Below are positions 51,076 to 61,851 of a DNA stretch of 64,000 nt, one piece after another. The DNA comes from an uncultured Chthonomonadaceae bacterium (GTDB lineage: Bacteria; Armatimonadota; Chthonomonadetes; Chthonomonadales; Chthonomonadaceae): positions 205,296 through 269,295 of the forward strand of contig CAWIEK010000063.1 of the NCBI GenBank assembly GCA_963835065.1, written 5' to 3'. Positions within the stretch are counted from its first letter, which is position 1, and each line of letters starts with the position of its first letter. Made by a program: the position numbers and the translations under genes. Under the pieces are notes generated by a model, which had not been told where the DNA came from, made no database searches, and saw only the letters and a program-made list of their open reading frames with translations.

Positions 51076-52218
51076 ATGAAAATTCTTTACCGCTATATGC
51101 TGCGCGAAATGGCTGTGCCGTTTCTCATCGGGCTGGGCGGCGTCGTGATGATGCTGACCGGCTCCGTGTTGTATAACAACGCCGACACGTTTCTGCAAAA
51201 CCAGATTCCCATCAGCTATGTGGCGCGATTGGCGCTGTATTTCGTGCCGTTCCTCATCAACATGACGATGCCCGTCGGCATGGCGGTTGCCGCGTCGCTT
51301 GCCGTCAGCCGCATGGCGCGGGACTCGGAAATCACGGTTTTGCGCGCGTCGGGAGCCAGCCTGGTACGCATTTTTATGCCGATTTTCGTGGCGGGCGCGC
51401 TGGTCAGCATTGCCGATTTTTACTGGGGCGAGTACGTGGTTCCGGCCTCGTTCACGCGCTTCAACGCCGTGATGAACGAATTGCCCGCCCACATCAAGCA
51501 GCTCGCGCCGCCAAGCGGGGAATACATCATCTCCTCCGATCAGAGCTACGTCATCGGCGTCCGCAACATCATCCAAAAACCCGGCTATCTGGAATTGCGC
51601 GGCATTCACATCGACTCCGGCTTCCGCTCCTTTTACGCGGCGGAAGCGCAGCCGTTCGTGCTGTCGGCGGACAAGGGGGAGTACCGGTCAGGCAAGTGGA
51701 TACTCAACGACGCGCAAGTGTATACGTACAGCGTCAAAGACTCGCGGGATTGGGCGCGGGGCAGCGCGCATCGTATCATTAAAACCATCAACGTAGACCC
51801 ACAATCCTTTTCCAGCAACTTCGTGCTGCAATTGCCGATGGGCAAGATGGCGGGCAAATCTACGGAAACGTTCGCCCAGCTCGGCGAGGAAATCCGCGCC
51901 AACCGACGTATCGGCGCGTCCGACGTTTCCGCCGAACTGGATTACCACTTCAAGCTGTCCGTGCCGTTTTCGTGCCTGGTCATGGCCTTATGCTGCCCTC
52001 CGATGGCCCTGCGCTTCGCCAAGGGCGGTGGCTTCATGGGAACGCTGCTGTCCATTTGCCTGGTCTTCGTGTATTGGAACACGCTGCTGCTCGCCCGCAT
52101 GTTGGGTTCCGCCGGACCGGGCGGCAGCGCGCCCCTGCTTTCCCCGCATGTCGCCGCCTGGTCGCAAAACGTGCTGTTCGTCGTCCTGGGCATCATCGTG
52201 CTGAAGAAAAGCGAATGA
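51076..52218 (+). CDS. LptF/LptG family permease
   Basis: YRYMLREM, RMARDSEITVLRASGAS, KLSVPFSCL, AAWSQN. Confidence 0.9.
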   Translation: MKILYRYMLREMAVPFLIGLGGVVMMLTGSVLYNNADTFLQNQIPISYVARLALYFVPFLINMTMPVGMAVAASLAVSRMARDSEITVLRASGASLVRIFMPIFVAGALVSIADFYWGEYVVPASFTRFNAVMNELPAHIKQLAPPSGEYIISSDQSYVIGVRNIIQKPGYLELRGIHIDSGFRSFYAAEAQPFVLSADKGEYRSGKWILNDAQVYTYSVKDSRDWARGSAHRIIKTINVDPQSFSSNFVLQLPMGKMAGKSTETFAQLGEEIRANRRIGASDVSAELDYHFKLSVPFSCLVMALCCPPMALRFAKGGGFMGTLLSICLVFVYWNTLLLARMLGSAGPGGSAPLLSPHVAAWSQNVLFVVLGIIVLKKSE

Positions 52219-52236
52219 TGAACCACCCGCTGCGCT

Positions 52237-52517
52237 AGAGACACAGAGGCACAAAGGAAGAAGGGGAGAAGAGGAGAGATAGGAACCGCGAAACACACGA
52301 ACCAAAACGAAAAAAGAAAACAAAAAAACCGCAAAGGGGCAAAGGCAGCAAAGAAAAACGTAGGGATAATCCGTATGAGGCCAATGTTGGGAACGGTGAT
52401 TGCGTAAGGAAGACTTGCCAGTCTGCTGTTTTCGGTTATTTTCTTTGCGTGACTTTGCCTCTTTGCGGTTTTTCTCTCCTTTTCTCCTCTTCTCCTTTTC
52501 TCCTTTTCTTCTCTTCC
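52237..52517. repeat. Nested composite of inverted 8/9-mer arrays
   Basis: AACCGCAAAGGGGCAAAGGCAGCAAAG mirrored by CTTTGCGTGACTTTGCCTCTTTGCGGTT, inside GAAGRGGA / TCCTYTTC arrays. Confidence 0.75.
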
Positions 52518-52528
52518 GAGGTAGTTAC

Positions 52529-53743
52529 GTGGCTGATCTTGTAGACGCGGTGGTGGTTGGCGGGGGCATTTTGGGAACGGCGCTGACGTGGGCGCTGGCT
52601 AAGCGTAATGCGCGGGTGGCGCTGCTGGAAGCGCAGACGTTGGCGGGCGGAGCAACGGGGAACGGCTTCGCGTGGGTCAATGCCACGTACAAGTGCGACG
52701 ATGCCGACTACTTTGCCCTGAACGCGCAGGCGGTAGGCCATTATGACCGGCTTGTCGTGGAAGCCGGGCGGGACCATATCGGCGTTTATGGAGGCGGCTC
52801 GCTGTTTTGGGCGGTGGGGGGAGATACGACAGGCGGAACGCTTTTGCGGGAACGCGCCCGCCAACTGCAAGCGTGGAACTACCCGGCCCTGCTGCTCACG
52901 CCGGGGGAACTGGCGGTTTTGGAGCCGAATGTCGCGCCACCTGGCGATGCGGAAACCGGCAATACGATTCTCTTTGCGCCCGCAGATAAGTGGACGGATA
53001 CGGCTCGCCTGTGCGCGTATTTTGTCGAGCAGGCGAAGGCGCATAAAGCCGAAATCCGCGCGGGGTGTGCCGTCACCGGATTTACGCGGGGTATGGGCAA
53101 CCGCATTTCTACGGTGGAAACCACGCAGGGGCGTATTTCCACAGGTCTTGTGATTTTGGCGGCGGGCATCCACACGCCTGCCCTGGCCGGATTGCTGACG
53201 GACAGTTTCAATGGCGCGATGCAGAATTGGGTTCGGCAGGAACCCGGCCTGTTGGTACAAACGCCTTCCCTGCCGCCGCATGTTCGCTGTCACCGCGTTC
53301 TGTACCCGCCGGATGCGGGCAGTCTGCACCTGCGCCCCACGCCCGATGACGGCCTGCTTATCGGCGCGGAAGATGTGGATGCCTGGCTCAACAGCGCAGC
53401 ACCGCAGGCGCAAACGATTGTACGCGCAGCGCGAACGGCTTCCGCTTCCATTTCCATCCCCGAAACGCTGTGGCATCCGCTTGTCCATCGCGCCGCCCAT
53501 GTTCTGCCCGGTCTGCCACTCGGCAACCTGCTGGCCCGCTCCGTGCCGCGCCTTTGTATTCGCCCCGTTCCCGCCGATGGACTGCCTGTGGTCGGCGCAT
53601 TGCCCGATGTGCCCGGCGCGTATGTCGCCGTAACCCACAGTGGCGTTACCCTCGGCCCCCTGCTTGCCGAACTGCTTGCCAACGAAATCGTCACGCAGGC
53701 CGCTGCGCCCCTGCTGTCGCGCTATCGTCCCATGCGCTTCTGA
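52529..53743 (+). CDS. FAD-dependent oxidoreductase (DAO/glycine oxidase family)
   Basis: VVVGGGILG, GGATGNGFAWVN, RPVPADGLPVVG, HSGVTLGP. Confidence 0.9.
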   Translation: MADLVDAVVVGGGILGTALTWALAKRNARVALLEAQTLAGGATGNGFAWVNATYKCDDADYFALNAQAVGHYDRLVVEAGRDHIGVYGGGSLFWAVGGDTTGGTLLRERARQLQAWNYPALLLTPGELAVLEPNVAPPGDAETGNTILFAPADKWTDTARLCAYFVEQAKAHKAEIRAGCAVTGFTRGMGNRISTVETTQGRISTGLVILAAGIHTPALAGLLTDSFNGAMQNWVRQEPGLLVQTPSLPPHVRCHRVLYPPDAGSLHLRPTPDDGLLIGAEDVDAWLNSAAPQAQTIVRAARTASASISIPETLWHPLVHRAAHVLPGLPLGNLLARSVPRLCIRPVPADGLPVVGALPDVPGAYVAVTHSGVTLGPLLAELLANEIVTQAAAPLLSRYRPMRF

Positions 53744-53877
53744 ATACGTGGATCAGAAACGGTAATATCTCACTGATATTCAGTTTGACATTTACACGAA
53801 ACCACGCGCATTTGAAGCCGTATGGCAGGAATAATCGTCGCTTCATTCTGCATCTCTGGACGCTTTTGAGGAAGGCA

Positions 53878-54670
53878 ATGGATACAAATTATCAGGTTGA
53901 GCCGGAACTGCGAACTTCCGTTCGGCAGGCATTCTGGACCTCCGAGGCGCGAACGCTGCGCAAAGTAGTGTGGGGGCTGGTGCTTGCCATATTACTAATT
54001 GGTGGCTTCTTCGCTTATCGCGATTTGAGTGGTTTGTACGCGCTGCTGCGACAAGGCAAAACTGTCGCGGCGCGAGTCACGGGCAAGCAGGAGATACATG
54101 GGAAAAGCACCACGTATCAGTTGGATTATTACTTTGATGGCGGCGGGGAGCGGGTTTATGACACCGCTCATGTATCGCAGTTCCTGTATGAGTCCACGCC
54201 TGTAGGGGATGCGCTGCAAGTCACGTATTTGCCCTCCAATCCGTCCGTTCATCGGCTAGGTGACATAGATGCATCGCGCGTAACGAAGCACGAAATAAAT
54301 TGGGGCGTGGGCATTGGCGGCATCGCAGGATTTTTCGCGTTGTTGATGATGGCAGCAGAGTACAGTTACCGTCAGCAAATGCGTTTGGCCGTGTCCGGCG
54401 TCCCGGTTGTGGGCAAAATCGTGTCTTGTGAGCCACCCACGCCGGGCAGCAAAATTACAACTTACACGGTTAAGTACACGTTTGTGGATTTGCGCGGCGA
54501 TACGAAGAAACTCTGTTTGGAATGCGCCCGAAGCGCGTGGAAAGCAATTGCAGCCGGACGCGGACGTAACCGTACTTTGCGATACAGACAACCCGAACCA
54601 CTTTAGCGTGTACATGGCGCTGGATGCTGTGCAGGTAGAGGGAGCGTCACCGCCAACATCCGCTTCGTAA
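53878..54670 (+). CDS. DUF3592-like membrane protein (frameshift near 54505)
   Basis: Two TM plus beta-domain units (GDALQVTYLPSNP; DVTVLCDTDNP). Confidence 0.65.
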
Positions 54671-54718
54671 TCCAATTTATGAGCAGGAATGACCGGAACC
54701 AGAATAGGAGTTTGTTCG

Positions 54719-55258
54719 ATGACAGCAGAAATTGTGGATGTAAAGCCGGTAGAGGGCATGGAAATTCAAACGGGATTGCTGCTGGCAATGCTGGACGACG
54801 CCACGCAGGACTGGCGGCGGCATTTGGGTGAGGTGTCTGAAGACGCGCTCTGCTGGCAGCCCGCTCCCAACGCGCACAGCATCGGCGCGATTTTGCTCCA
54901 CATCGCGGACGTGGAGTCGCACTGGCTGTACGCCGTAGCAGCGGGACAAATGCGTTCCGAAGAAGAAGTCCGCCGCCTGCTTTCCAAAGAAACGAAACAG
55001 GCCATCGGTGAGTGGCCCGCGCCGCCCCGCCGCCCGCTCGCCTGGTACTACGCGCAGCACGACGAAATCCGGGAGCGAACGCGCCACACCCTACGCCAAT
55101 TGAACAACCCCGAACACATCGGAACGCGGCGCGAACAGGACTTTACCCTCCGCTGGCTGCTGCATCATGTGATCACGCACGAATCGTACCACTTCGGGCA
55201 GGCCGTGCTGCTGTCTCTTTTGTACCCCAAACTAGCGCCACAGGAACCGCAACGATGA
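54719..55258 (+). CDS. DinB family protein
   Basis: HSIGAILLHIADVESHW; WLLHHVITHESYHFGQ. Confidence 0.88.
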   Translation: MTAEIVDVKPVEGMEIQTGLLLAMLDDATQDWRRHLGEVSEDALCWQPAPNAHSIGAILLHIADVESHWLYAVAAGQMRSEEEVRRLLSKETKQAIGEWPAPPRRPLAWYYAQHDEIRERTRHTLRQLNNPEHIGTRREQDFTLRWLLHHVITHESYHFGQAVLLSLLYPKLAPQEPQR

Positions 55259-55881
55259 ACTATCTGGCATTGGGCGACTCCATCAGCATTGACGATTATA
55301 CGGATGTGGAGGGTGGCGGAGCCGTCAATCAGTTTGCCCGCCTGATTCGCGCCGACCAAGTGGAAGATTTTACGCAGGACGGGCGGACGACGGCGGGCGT
55401 CTTAGCGGACCTGGAGCGCGTGACGCTTACGCCCAATGTGGTTACGCTGACGGCGGGCGGCAACGACTTTTTACAGGCCGTGTTTCGCCATGCCGCGCCT
55501 ACGGAAAACGTTTCACCCGATTACTGGCCCCGGTTGGTACAGCCGACGCTTGCCAATCTGACGCGCATTGCCGAACGACTGGCGCAATTTCATTGCCCCG
55601 TCATTCTGAACACGGTTTACGACCCCACCGATGGCGACAACGCGCTTTTCGCGCAGATTGGCGTTCCTCCCCCGGCGCGGCAGGCGTTCGACGCGCTGAA
55701 CAAAGGCATCATTGCTCTGGCGCAAACGCATGGCTTCCTGCTGTCCGATCTGGAAACCCTGTTTCACGGACACGGCCTGCGCTCACAGGATTGCTGGTTT
55801 ATTATGAACATCGAGCCGGATTACGCGGGCGCGACGGCCATTGCCGCCCACTGGTTTCGATTGCTTCGCGCCCCAAAATAA
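55255..55881 (+). CDS. SGNH/GDSL family hydrolase
   Basis: YLALGDS, TAGGND, IEPDYAG (atypical block V lacking His). Confidence 0.8.
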   Translation: MNYLALGDSISIDDYTDVEGGGAVNQFARLIRADQVEDFTQDGRTTAGVLADLERVTLTPNVVTLTAGGNDFLQAVFRHAAPTENVSPDYWPRLVQPTLANLTRIAERLAQFHCPVILNTVYDPTDGDNALFAQIGVPPPARQAFDALNKGIIALAQTHGFLLSDLETLFHGHGLRSQDCWFIMNIEPDYAGATAIAAHWFRLLRAPK

Positions 55882-56088
55882 AATCTGCGCAATCTTCCCC
55901 ATCCCTGAACCTTTTCAACCCGCCCCGTAACTAAATCGGCAACACTCCACTGCGCTTTTAGAACCTCTCCCAATAGGCCAGGGCTTTGCAATCCCCGGCG
56001 AGAAACTACAAGCGTCCCTCAGACGCAAATGCCGCGCTGATTGGGAGAGGCTCTGAGTTTACGCTTCCTGTTTGAAAAGGAGAACGTC

Positions 56089-57553
56089 ATGTCTACCTGG
56101 AAGGTTGCCGCCGCCGCATTGCCTATCGGTCTTGTCAGTATCGGCACGGGGTTGTTTGTGCTGAGACAGGCGCATGTTTCGCATCCGCCTGCGCCTGTAA
56201 ACGCTCACGCCCGTATGGAACGCGCCGCGATGGGAGAAACGCGCACAAATTTGGACGCGCAGCGCACATTCGGAACGCCGCATATCTATCGTAACCTGAC
56301 GGTCGTGCCTGTCTATGATACAAGCGTGACCGCTACCGATACGTACATCACACTGGATGAAGGCTTGAAAGCCAAAACCGTGCAGGTGCAGGAATCCAAA
56401 GACGGCGGGAGCGTGAACACGCTGTACATCACCAACCGGGACAAAAAGCCGCTGTACGTGATGGCGGGCGAAGTGGTCTTGGGCGGGCAGCAGGATCGCA
56501 CCATCGGCAAGGACATTATCATCAGCGCAGGCAAAATCCGCGTCCCGATTGCCGTGTTCTGCGTGGAGCATGGCCGGTGGACAGGACGCGCGGATTTCGA
56601 ATCAAGCGCGCAATCCGTTGCCAGCGCCGACATTCGCCTGGACGCGCAAAACGGAAACTTCATGGCCGAGCATCAGGCGGTAATCGCGCAGGCGCAAATG
56701 GCCCGCGCCGGTTCCGCCCCGACGACGCTCAATGGCGCTGTTGTGAACGGCGCTCCCGTCAATGCTTACGGCGTCGCGGGAACGCCCCCGATTGTGGCGC
56801 GGCAAACCCCCAATGGGTCGCAGGGACTTGCCGCGAACAATCCCGACGCTCCGCAGCAAGCGCAGGTTCGCGCGCGCGACCTTTCCCGCCTGTCAAATCC
56901 CTCTGCGGCAACTCCTGTTGTCTCAGAGCCTTCCATGATCAACGGGAATATGGCAAACCCGCAGGCCGCGAATGTGGAAGCGGACAGCGCTCTGTTGGCT
57001 TCCGAAGACGTAGGCAGCGCGCAGCAGAAGGTATGGGACAAAGTGGCGACGAAAAACGCCCGCTTCAAAACCACGTCCAACACCGGCACGTACCGGGCCG
57101 CGCTGAACATGACGGGCGGCGACGTGAGCAAAAGCGCCCCCGCGTATGTCAGGGCGCTCTCAGACAGTCTGGGACACGACCCGCATCTTGGTCGGCGTGG
57201 TGGCAGCGGTGAACGGCAAAATCGTGGCGGCGGACATTTTCGGCGACACCAGTTTGTTTCAAAAGCTATGGCCCAAACTGCTGCGCTCGTATGCCGCCGA
57301 CGCCGTAGAACACGAGGCGGAGGGCAAGCCACAAGCGATAGCCGTCACGCCCGCCCAAGTCAATGATTTCTACGCCAAAGCCGTCAGCGGCAAAACGCAA
57401 GCGGAAAACAAAACCGAAGCCGGCGCGAATGTGCGTCTCGAATCCCCCGACGCCACCACCTTCCGCCTGCTCCCCACCGCCAGCGCAAAAGCAGCGGCAG
57501 CCGGCAGCATACCAACGCCCAAACCCCTGCATGAAACCATCCTGCACAAGTAA
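56089..57553 (+). CDS. ARPP-1/DUF6569-like protein with N-terminal anchor (frameshift near 57190)
   Basis: NLTVVPV, YITLDEGL, GEVVLGGQQDR, FCVEHGRW, QQKVWD, LFQKLWPKLLRSYA. Confidence 0.65.
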
Positions 57554-57604
57554 TTACTCTGCACTCCCCGCAGCAAGTTGATGAAATTCTATCTGTCCAT
57601 TAAT

Positions 57605-57647
57605 CCTACAAAGCCCCTTCCTGAAAGTTAGGAGGGGGCTTTGTAGG
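57605..57647. terminator. Hairpin between convergent genes
   Basis: CCTACAAAGCCCCTTCCT / AGGAGGGGGCTTTGTAGG stem. Confidence 0.7.
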
Positions 57648-57672
57648 CGATGTGAGGCTCACAATGTGGAAT

Positions 57673-58739
57673 TTAGCGGCGCTGCCACTGTGCGGCGTCG
57701 AACCCGACCTTCTGCGTTGTGTCTGCTTCTCCGGTGAGATCGGTCAAGCGCAGATAACCCCCGGTTCCCGCATTAAAGCGGAAGCGCCCCAGGCTTACCC
57801 AGGCATCGCTATAGTTGTACTGGTTGACGATTATGTCCGTTCTTCCATCCGCGTGGTAAACCTCGTAATGGGCGTGGCGCGTGGTTGCGTTTAGGCGGGG
57901 AATGAACACGTAGATTTCATACGTGCCGCTGTCGGCAATGATCGGACGCCAATCGGCCATATTGTCAATGTGCCCGGCATTGTTGTACGTCCAGAGCATG
58001 TGCCCGCCGTCGCCAACGCCGGAAGCGTCATGCCACCACTGCCCCGGCCCATACCGCCAGAAGCCGGGCTGCCCCTGCGCCGAAGCGCCGTCCGATTCGG
58101 AAATTAACAGTTTGGCGGTTGGAGAAGCGACATTGCTCTGTGCCAGTAGATCATGAATCGGCTTGTAGTACCAATGAAAGCCAGAGTAGAATATGCGATA
58201 GTAGGCGCCATCCCCACCGCCGCGCTCCGTATAAGGCGTGTTGTCGAAATCGCAGAAGTTGCCTTTGCTGTCTTTTCCGGCGTAAATGCCACCATGCCAG
58301 GTGTCACCCCAGCGATGCCCCTGATCTGTCGAAAGCAAGTCTCCCGCAAGCAGCGCATTCTTATCGGAGATGTATACCCAATCCCCGTTGGGCGCATCCG
58401 CGACGAGCAAGCCGCCCGTCAGCCCCAGCCAGCGTTGGCGATTATAATTGTTAGGGGGATAGTCCTCCGGGTGGGCGCCTCCGTCTGAAAGAATAGCGTC
58501 CACACTTGACGGACGTAGCCCCAACAATCCTGAACGCCATTAAAGACGTAAGGACGATTTTGTTCAGCGATCCGGTTGGCTCGCGTCAACACTCGCAGTT
58601 GAAGAGAACTCCCGAAGTTTCCGGGCTGGCTTGCCAATCGAGCGATACGATCCTTGAGAGATTGCGCTGACGCGGGTTGTCGCGCAGCAAGGAGAAACAG
58701 GACCGGCAGAGCCAGACAGAGAGAAAAGAGCCTACGCAT
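57673..58739 (-). CDS. Secreted NlpC/P60-like hydrolase with golvesin-like C-terminal beta-sandwich (frameshift near 58505)
   Basis: Signal peptide; PYVFNGVQDCWGYVRQVW; GDLL...WHGGIYAG; GTYEIYVFIP...WVSLGRFRF...FDAAQW. Confidence 0.7.
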
Positions 58740-58997
58740 ACGAAACCTCCTGTGAGGCTCCGGCCAATGCCCGGTAGCCTCGTGTCAAATGCCTGCGCTT
58801 GACAACGCAGGGCGAGAACGTAAACCGCGCGAAGATAGTACTCGCTAATAGTTTCTCGTCGAAGATGCGCCAGTTTATGGTTTCTCACAAGGCCATGAGA
58901 ATACAGATGTTCTTATGGCCTTGTGAGCAGATCAGGCAATGGGAAGTTGGCAGCGTGTTTGTCCGACAAACGCGCTGCCGCAAACCTCACATTGGAC

Positions 58998-59507
58998 TTA
59001 GCGAGGCGGATGCACAAAGCCCTGCAATGCCGTCCAATTGAGGCGATCCCCCTTAATTTTGCCCGCATTAGAGCCAGTGCCGCGCGTGATGGTTTCTCGA
59101 TCCCACTTGAGAGTGTAAACGTTGTACTCCTCGACCATCACAAGTTTGGGGTTGCTGACCTGGACGACATAGGCGACATGTCCGTAGCCGGACAAATTCG
59201 GCAGGCACATGATAGCTCCGACCTGCGGCGTCAGATCTTTGCCGCCATTGGTCTGCACGTTGTTGTAGTACCCGCTGGCATTGCCGGTGAAGCCGACGTT
59301 CCACCCCGTTTCCCGCGCCCGCCCCCACACATACCACGTACATTGACCGCGATACCCGGCGTTGTAGTACGGGTTGCCGCCTTTGAAGTAGTACCCGTTG
59401 ACGCGCGGCAAATCCTCGCCGCCGTTGCTTTGCGCCGATGTTGGCTGTATAGCAATGATAACTAATCCCAGCCAGCAAAACCATCCAGAGAGAAAGAGCT
59501 TGCGCAT
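58998..59507 (-). CDS. Secreted CHAP-domain amidase/peptidase
   Basis: GQCTWYVWGR, GNASGY, YGHVAYV, VEEYN. Confidence 0.88.
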   Translation of the reverse strand: MRKLFLSGWFCWLGLVIIAIQPTSAQSNGGEDLPRVNGYYFKGGNPYYNAGYRGQCTWYVWGRARETGWNVGFTGNASGYYNNVQTNGGKDLTPQVGAIMCLPNLSGYGHVAYVVQVSNPKLVMVEEYNVYTLKWDRETITRGTGSNAGKIKGDRLNWTALQGFVHPPR

Positions 59508-59797
59508 GCAAACCTCCTGTGAAGCTGTGCCTATATCCGGCAGCCTCGTATCAAATGCCTGCGCCCGTAAGCGCGGCGATCTATGGGACGAGAACATAAA
59601 GAAGATACTGTCGGGCAATTTTGCCGGAATGTTCTCGCCGAAGTCGAAACTATCTGTTTCCGGCTTCTGGCAGCAAAGACAGGAGATTATTGGGCAATCA
59701 ACGAACTTACCGAAAAATATTCCAAGTATTTTTCAGGGTATTCTATAAGCCGTCCATTACCGTTGAGAACACATTAACAGCAAGGAGGCAATAGAAC

Positions 59798-60390
59798 ATG
59801 TGTTCAGAACAATCCGAGTTTGAAAGAGACGCAAAACTCGTCACCCAGGCACAGGAGGCGCGACGGCAGGAATTGGAGGCTCGGCAAAGGTATAGTCGGG
59901 CATTTCAGACATTAAAGGCCGGTTATGAAAAGCAGTTGGAACGATACTGCGCTCGTATCCTCGGCAGTGAGGAAGGCGGGAGAGATGCCGCGCAAGAAGC
60001 CTTCATCCGCGCTGATCAAAAAATTCACACGCTAAGGTCAGGCCAAACATTTCGCAATTGGCTGTTCCTGCTCGCAGCACGCCTTTGTTATAACCGTGTT
60101 GAGGCGAAAAAAGATGTTCGTCATCCAAGCTTGGATGACACAGAAAGTGGCTTACGGGAGTCTGGCAGCTTCCAGAAAACATGGAAGATCAGGTACTCGA
60201 TAGTCTCGTCGTTGAGGCTATACAGCGGCAGGCGGGGGCTGAACTTGATGCGCTTGATTGTGATATTATCAAGGTTATCTTGGAGAAGGGCATTACCAGC
60301 GCAGCCGGAATAGGGAGGGAATTGAAAGTTGCTCCTTCGACCATTCAGCACAGGCTTAAGCGCCTGCAAAGTTGGTTTAAAAAGTTTTAG
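59798..60390 (+). CDS. ECF sigma factor (frameshift near 60175)
   Basis: DAAQEAFIRA...FRNWLFLLA (region 2); IGRELKVAPSTIQHRLKR (region 4 HTH) in the next frame. Confidence 0.8.
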
Positions 60391-60463
60391 GAAAACTCTA
60401 AAATGTACGCCGTAGTTTCGTTGTTTTCAGATGTTCGTCCTGTCTATAAGAATGGACTTCACC

Positions 60464-61762
60464 ATGACGGAATCGCAAATGAACAATCCTATTGAGTTCT
60501 CAACTCGTGAAAAGCAAATAATGGCCGCGCTGTTGGCGGAGCGCGAACCAACACCTGCCTGCATGGACCCGGAAGACATGCTTGATCTGGTAGAGCAAGG
60601 CGATAAACACCCGAACTATGCCGCGCTGCAAACTCACCTTAGGGGCTGCGCGTTTTGCCGTGACGAATACGCAGCACTGAAATCGAACGTGGCGGGAAGC
60701 GAGAAACCTGCCCCTTGAACAGAAAACGGCAACGACAACGGTTTCAACCGAGCCGGAACCACAGGTAAGAGTGGCGACTCGCCCGACCTTCACGGAATGG
60801 CTGCGCGGTTTATTGCCTTCGACGGCGCGACTGCGAATCGCGTTTGGCACGGCATCACTGGCTTTGCTGCTGGCAGGATTATCATTCTGGCAAGGCCAAC
60901 AGACGCGAACCGTGCTGCAAGCAACGCAGGCTCAATCGCAAACAAGGCAGGCACAAATCGTCGCTTTAAGTGAACAACTGAACCAAGCAAAGCAGGCGCT
61001 TCAGGCGAAAGTCACACCGCCTGTAACACCCCGTAACGCGCTGTTGCCCACGCGATCAGCAGAACTGGCGCAGGCGCAGAATTTGGCGAAGCAATCCCAA
61101 CAAAAAATATCTGTTTTAGAAAAGCAACTCCGCAGCGAGAAAAAAGTCTTGCCGCCGCAGAGTTACAAATTAAGATTGGCGGCGTGAAGCTGCAACAGGC
61201 AGATCAGCAGTTACAATTGGCGCGTAACGATACTGCCCGAAACGCCCTGCCGGATATGACGACGGTACAAACGGACGCCAGAACTGTGCGCGGCGGCAAT
61301 GAAATCAAACTGTTCCGGCCTGTGGCGACATTCCTTCTGGAAGATCATCCGCATTTTGCCTGGATGCTTGCCGAACCGCCGCCGATCTGACTGGATATAA
61401 ACTGATGATTAATGGCGGCAACGGCAGGTCGTTCACGAAGACACTGCCCAAAGACGCTATCGAATGGGATACGAAATCCGAGCCGGTATCGCAGTTCGAG
61501 CCGTTGGCGCGGGGCAAAGTGTATCACTGGCAGGTGCAGGCGATCACTTCTGACGGGAGCGAGTTCGCCTCGTTCGCCAATCGCCGCTTTCAAAGTTGTG
61601 CCCGCAGACTTAAAGGCGCAATTCGCTCACGCTCAACGCCGGTATGCCAATCGCCCTGACCTTCTTGCTATTGCGTATATGCAGGCCGGACTGATTGAAG
61701 ACGCTCAACGAACGCTTAACGATTGGAAAAACAACCCGAAAGCGGCACAGAAAGCCCCGTAG
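60464..61762 (+). CDS. Zinc-finger anti-sigma factor with TM, coiled coil and DUF928-like ectodomain (several frameshifts)
   Basis: HLRGCAFC ZAS motif; TM LALLLAGLSFW; VRGG..LFRPVAT..P.FAW; PLARGKVYHWQV; LAIAYMQAGLIEDA. Confidence 0.7.
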
Positions 61763-61851
61763 CGCAGGGATTTATGCCCGCTGCACAACAGCCTTTGTTC
61801 GCAATCATGTTCTCGCAACCATAAGGAACAATTGTTATGGAGGAATTCGCC

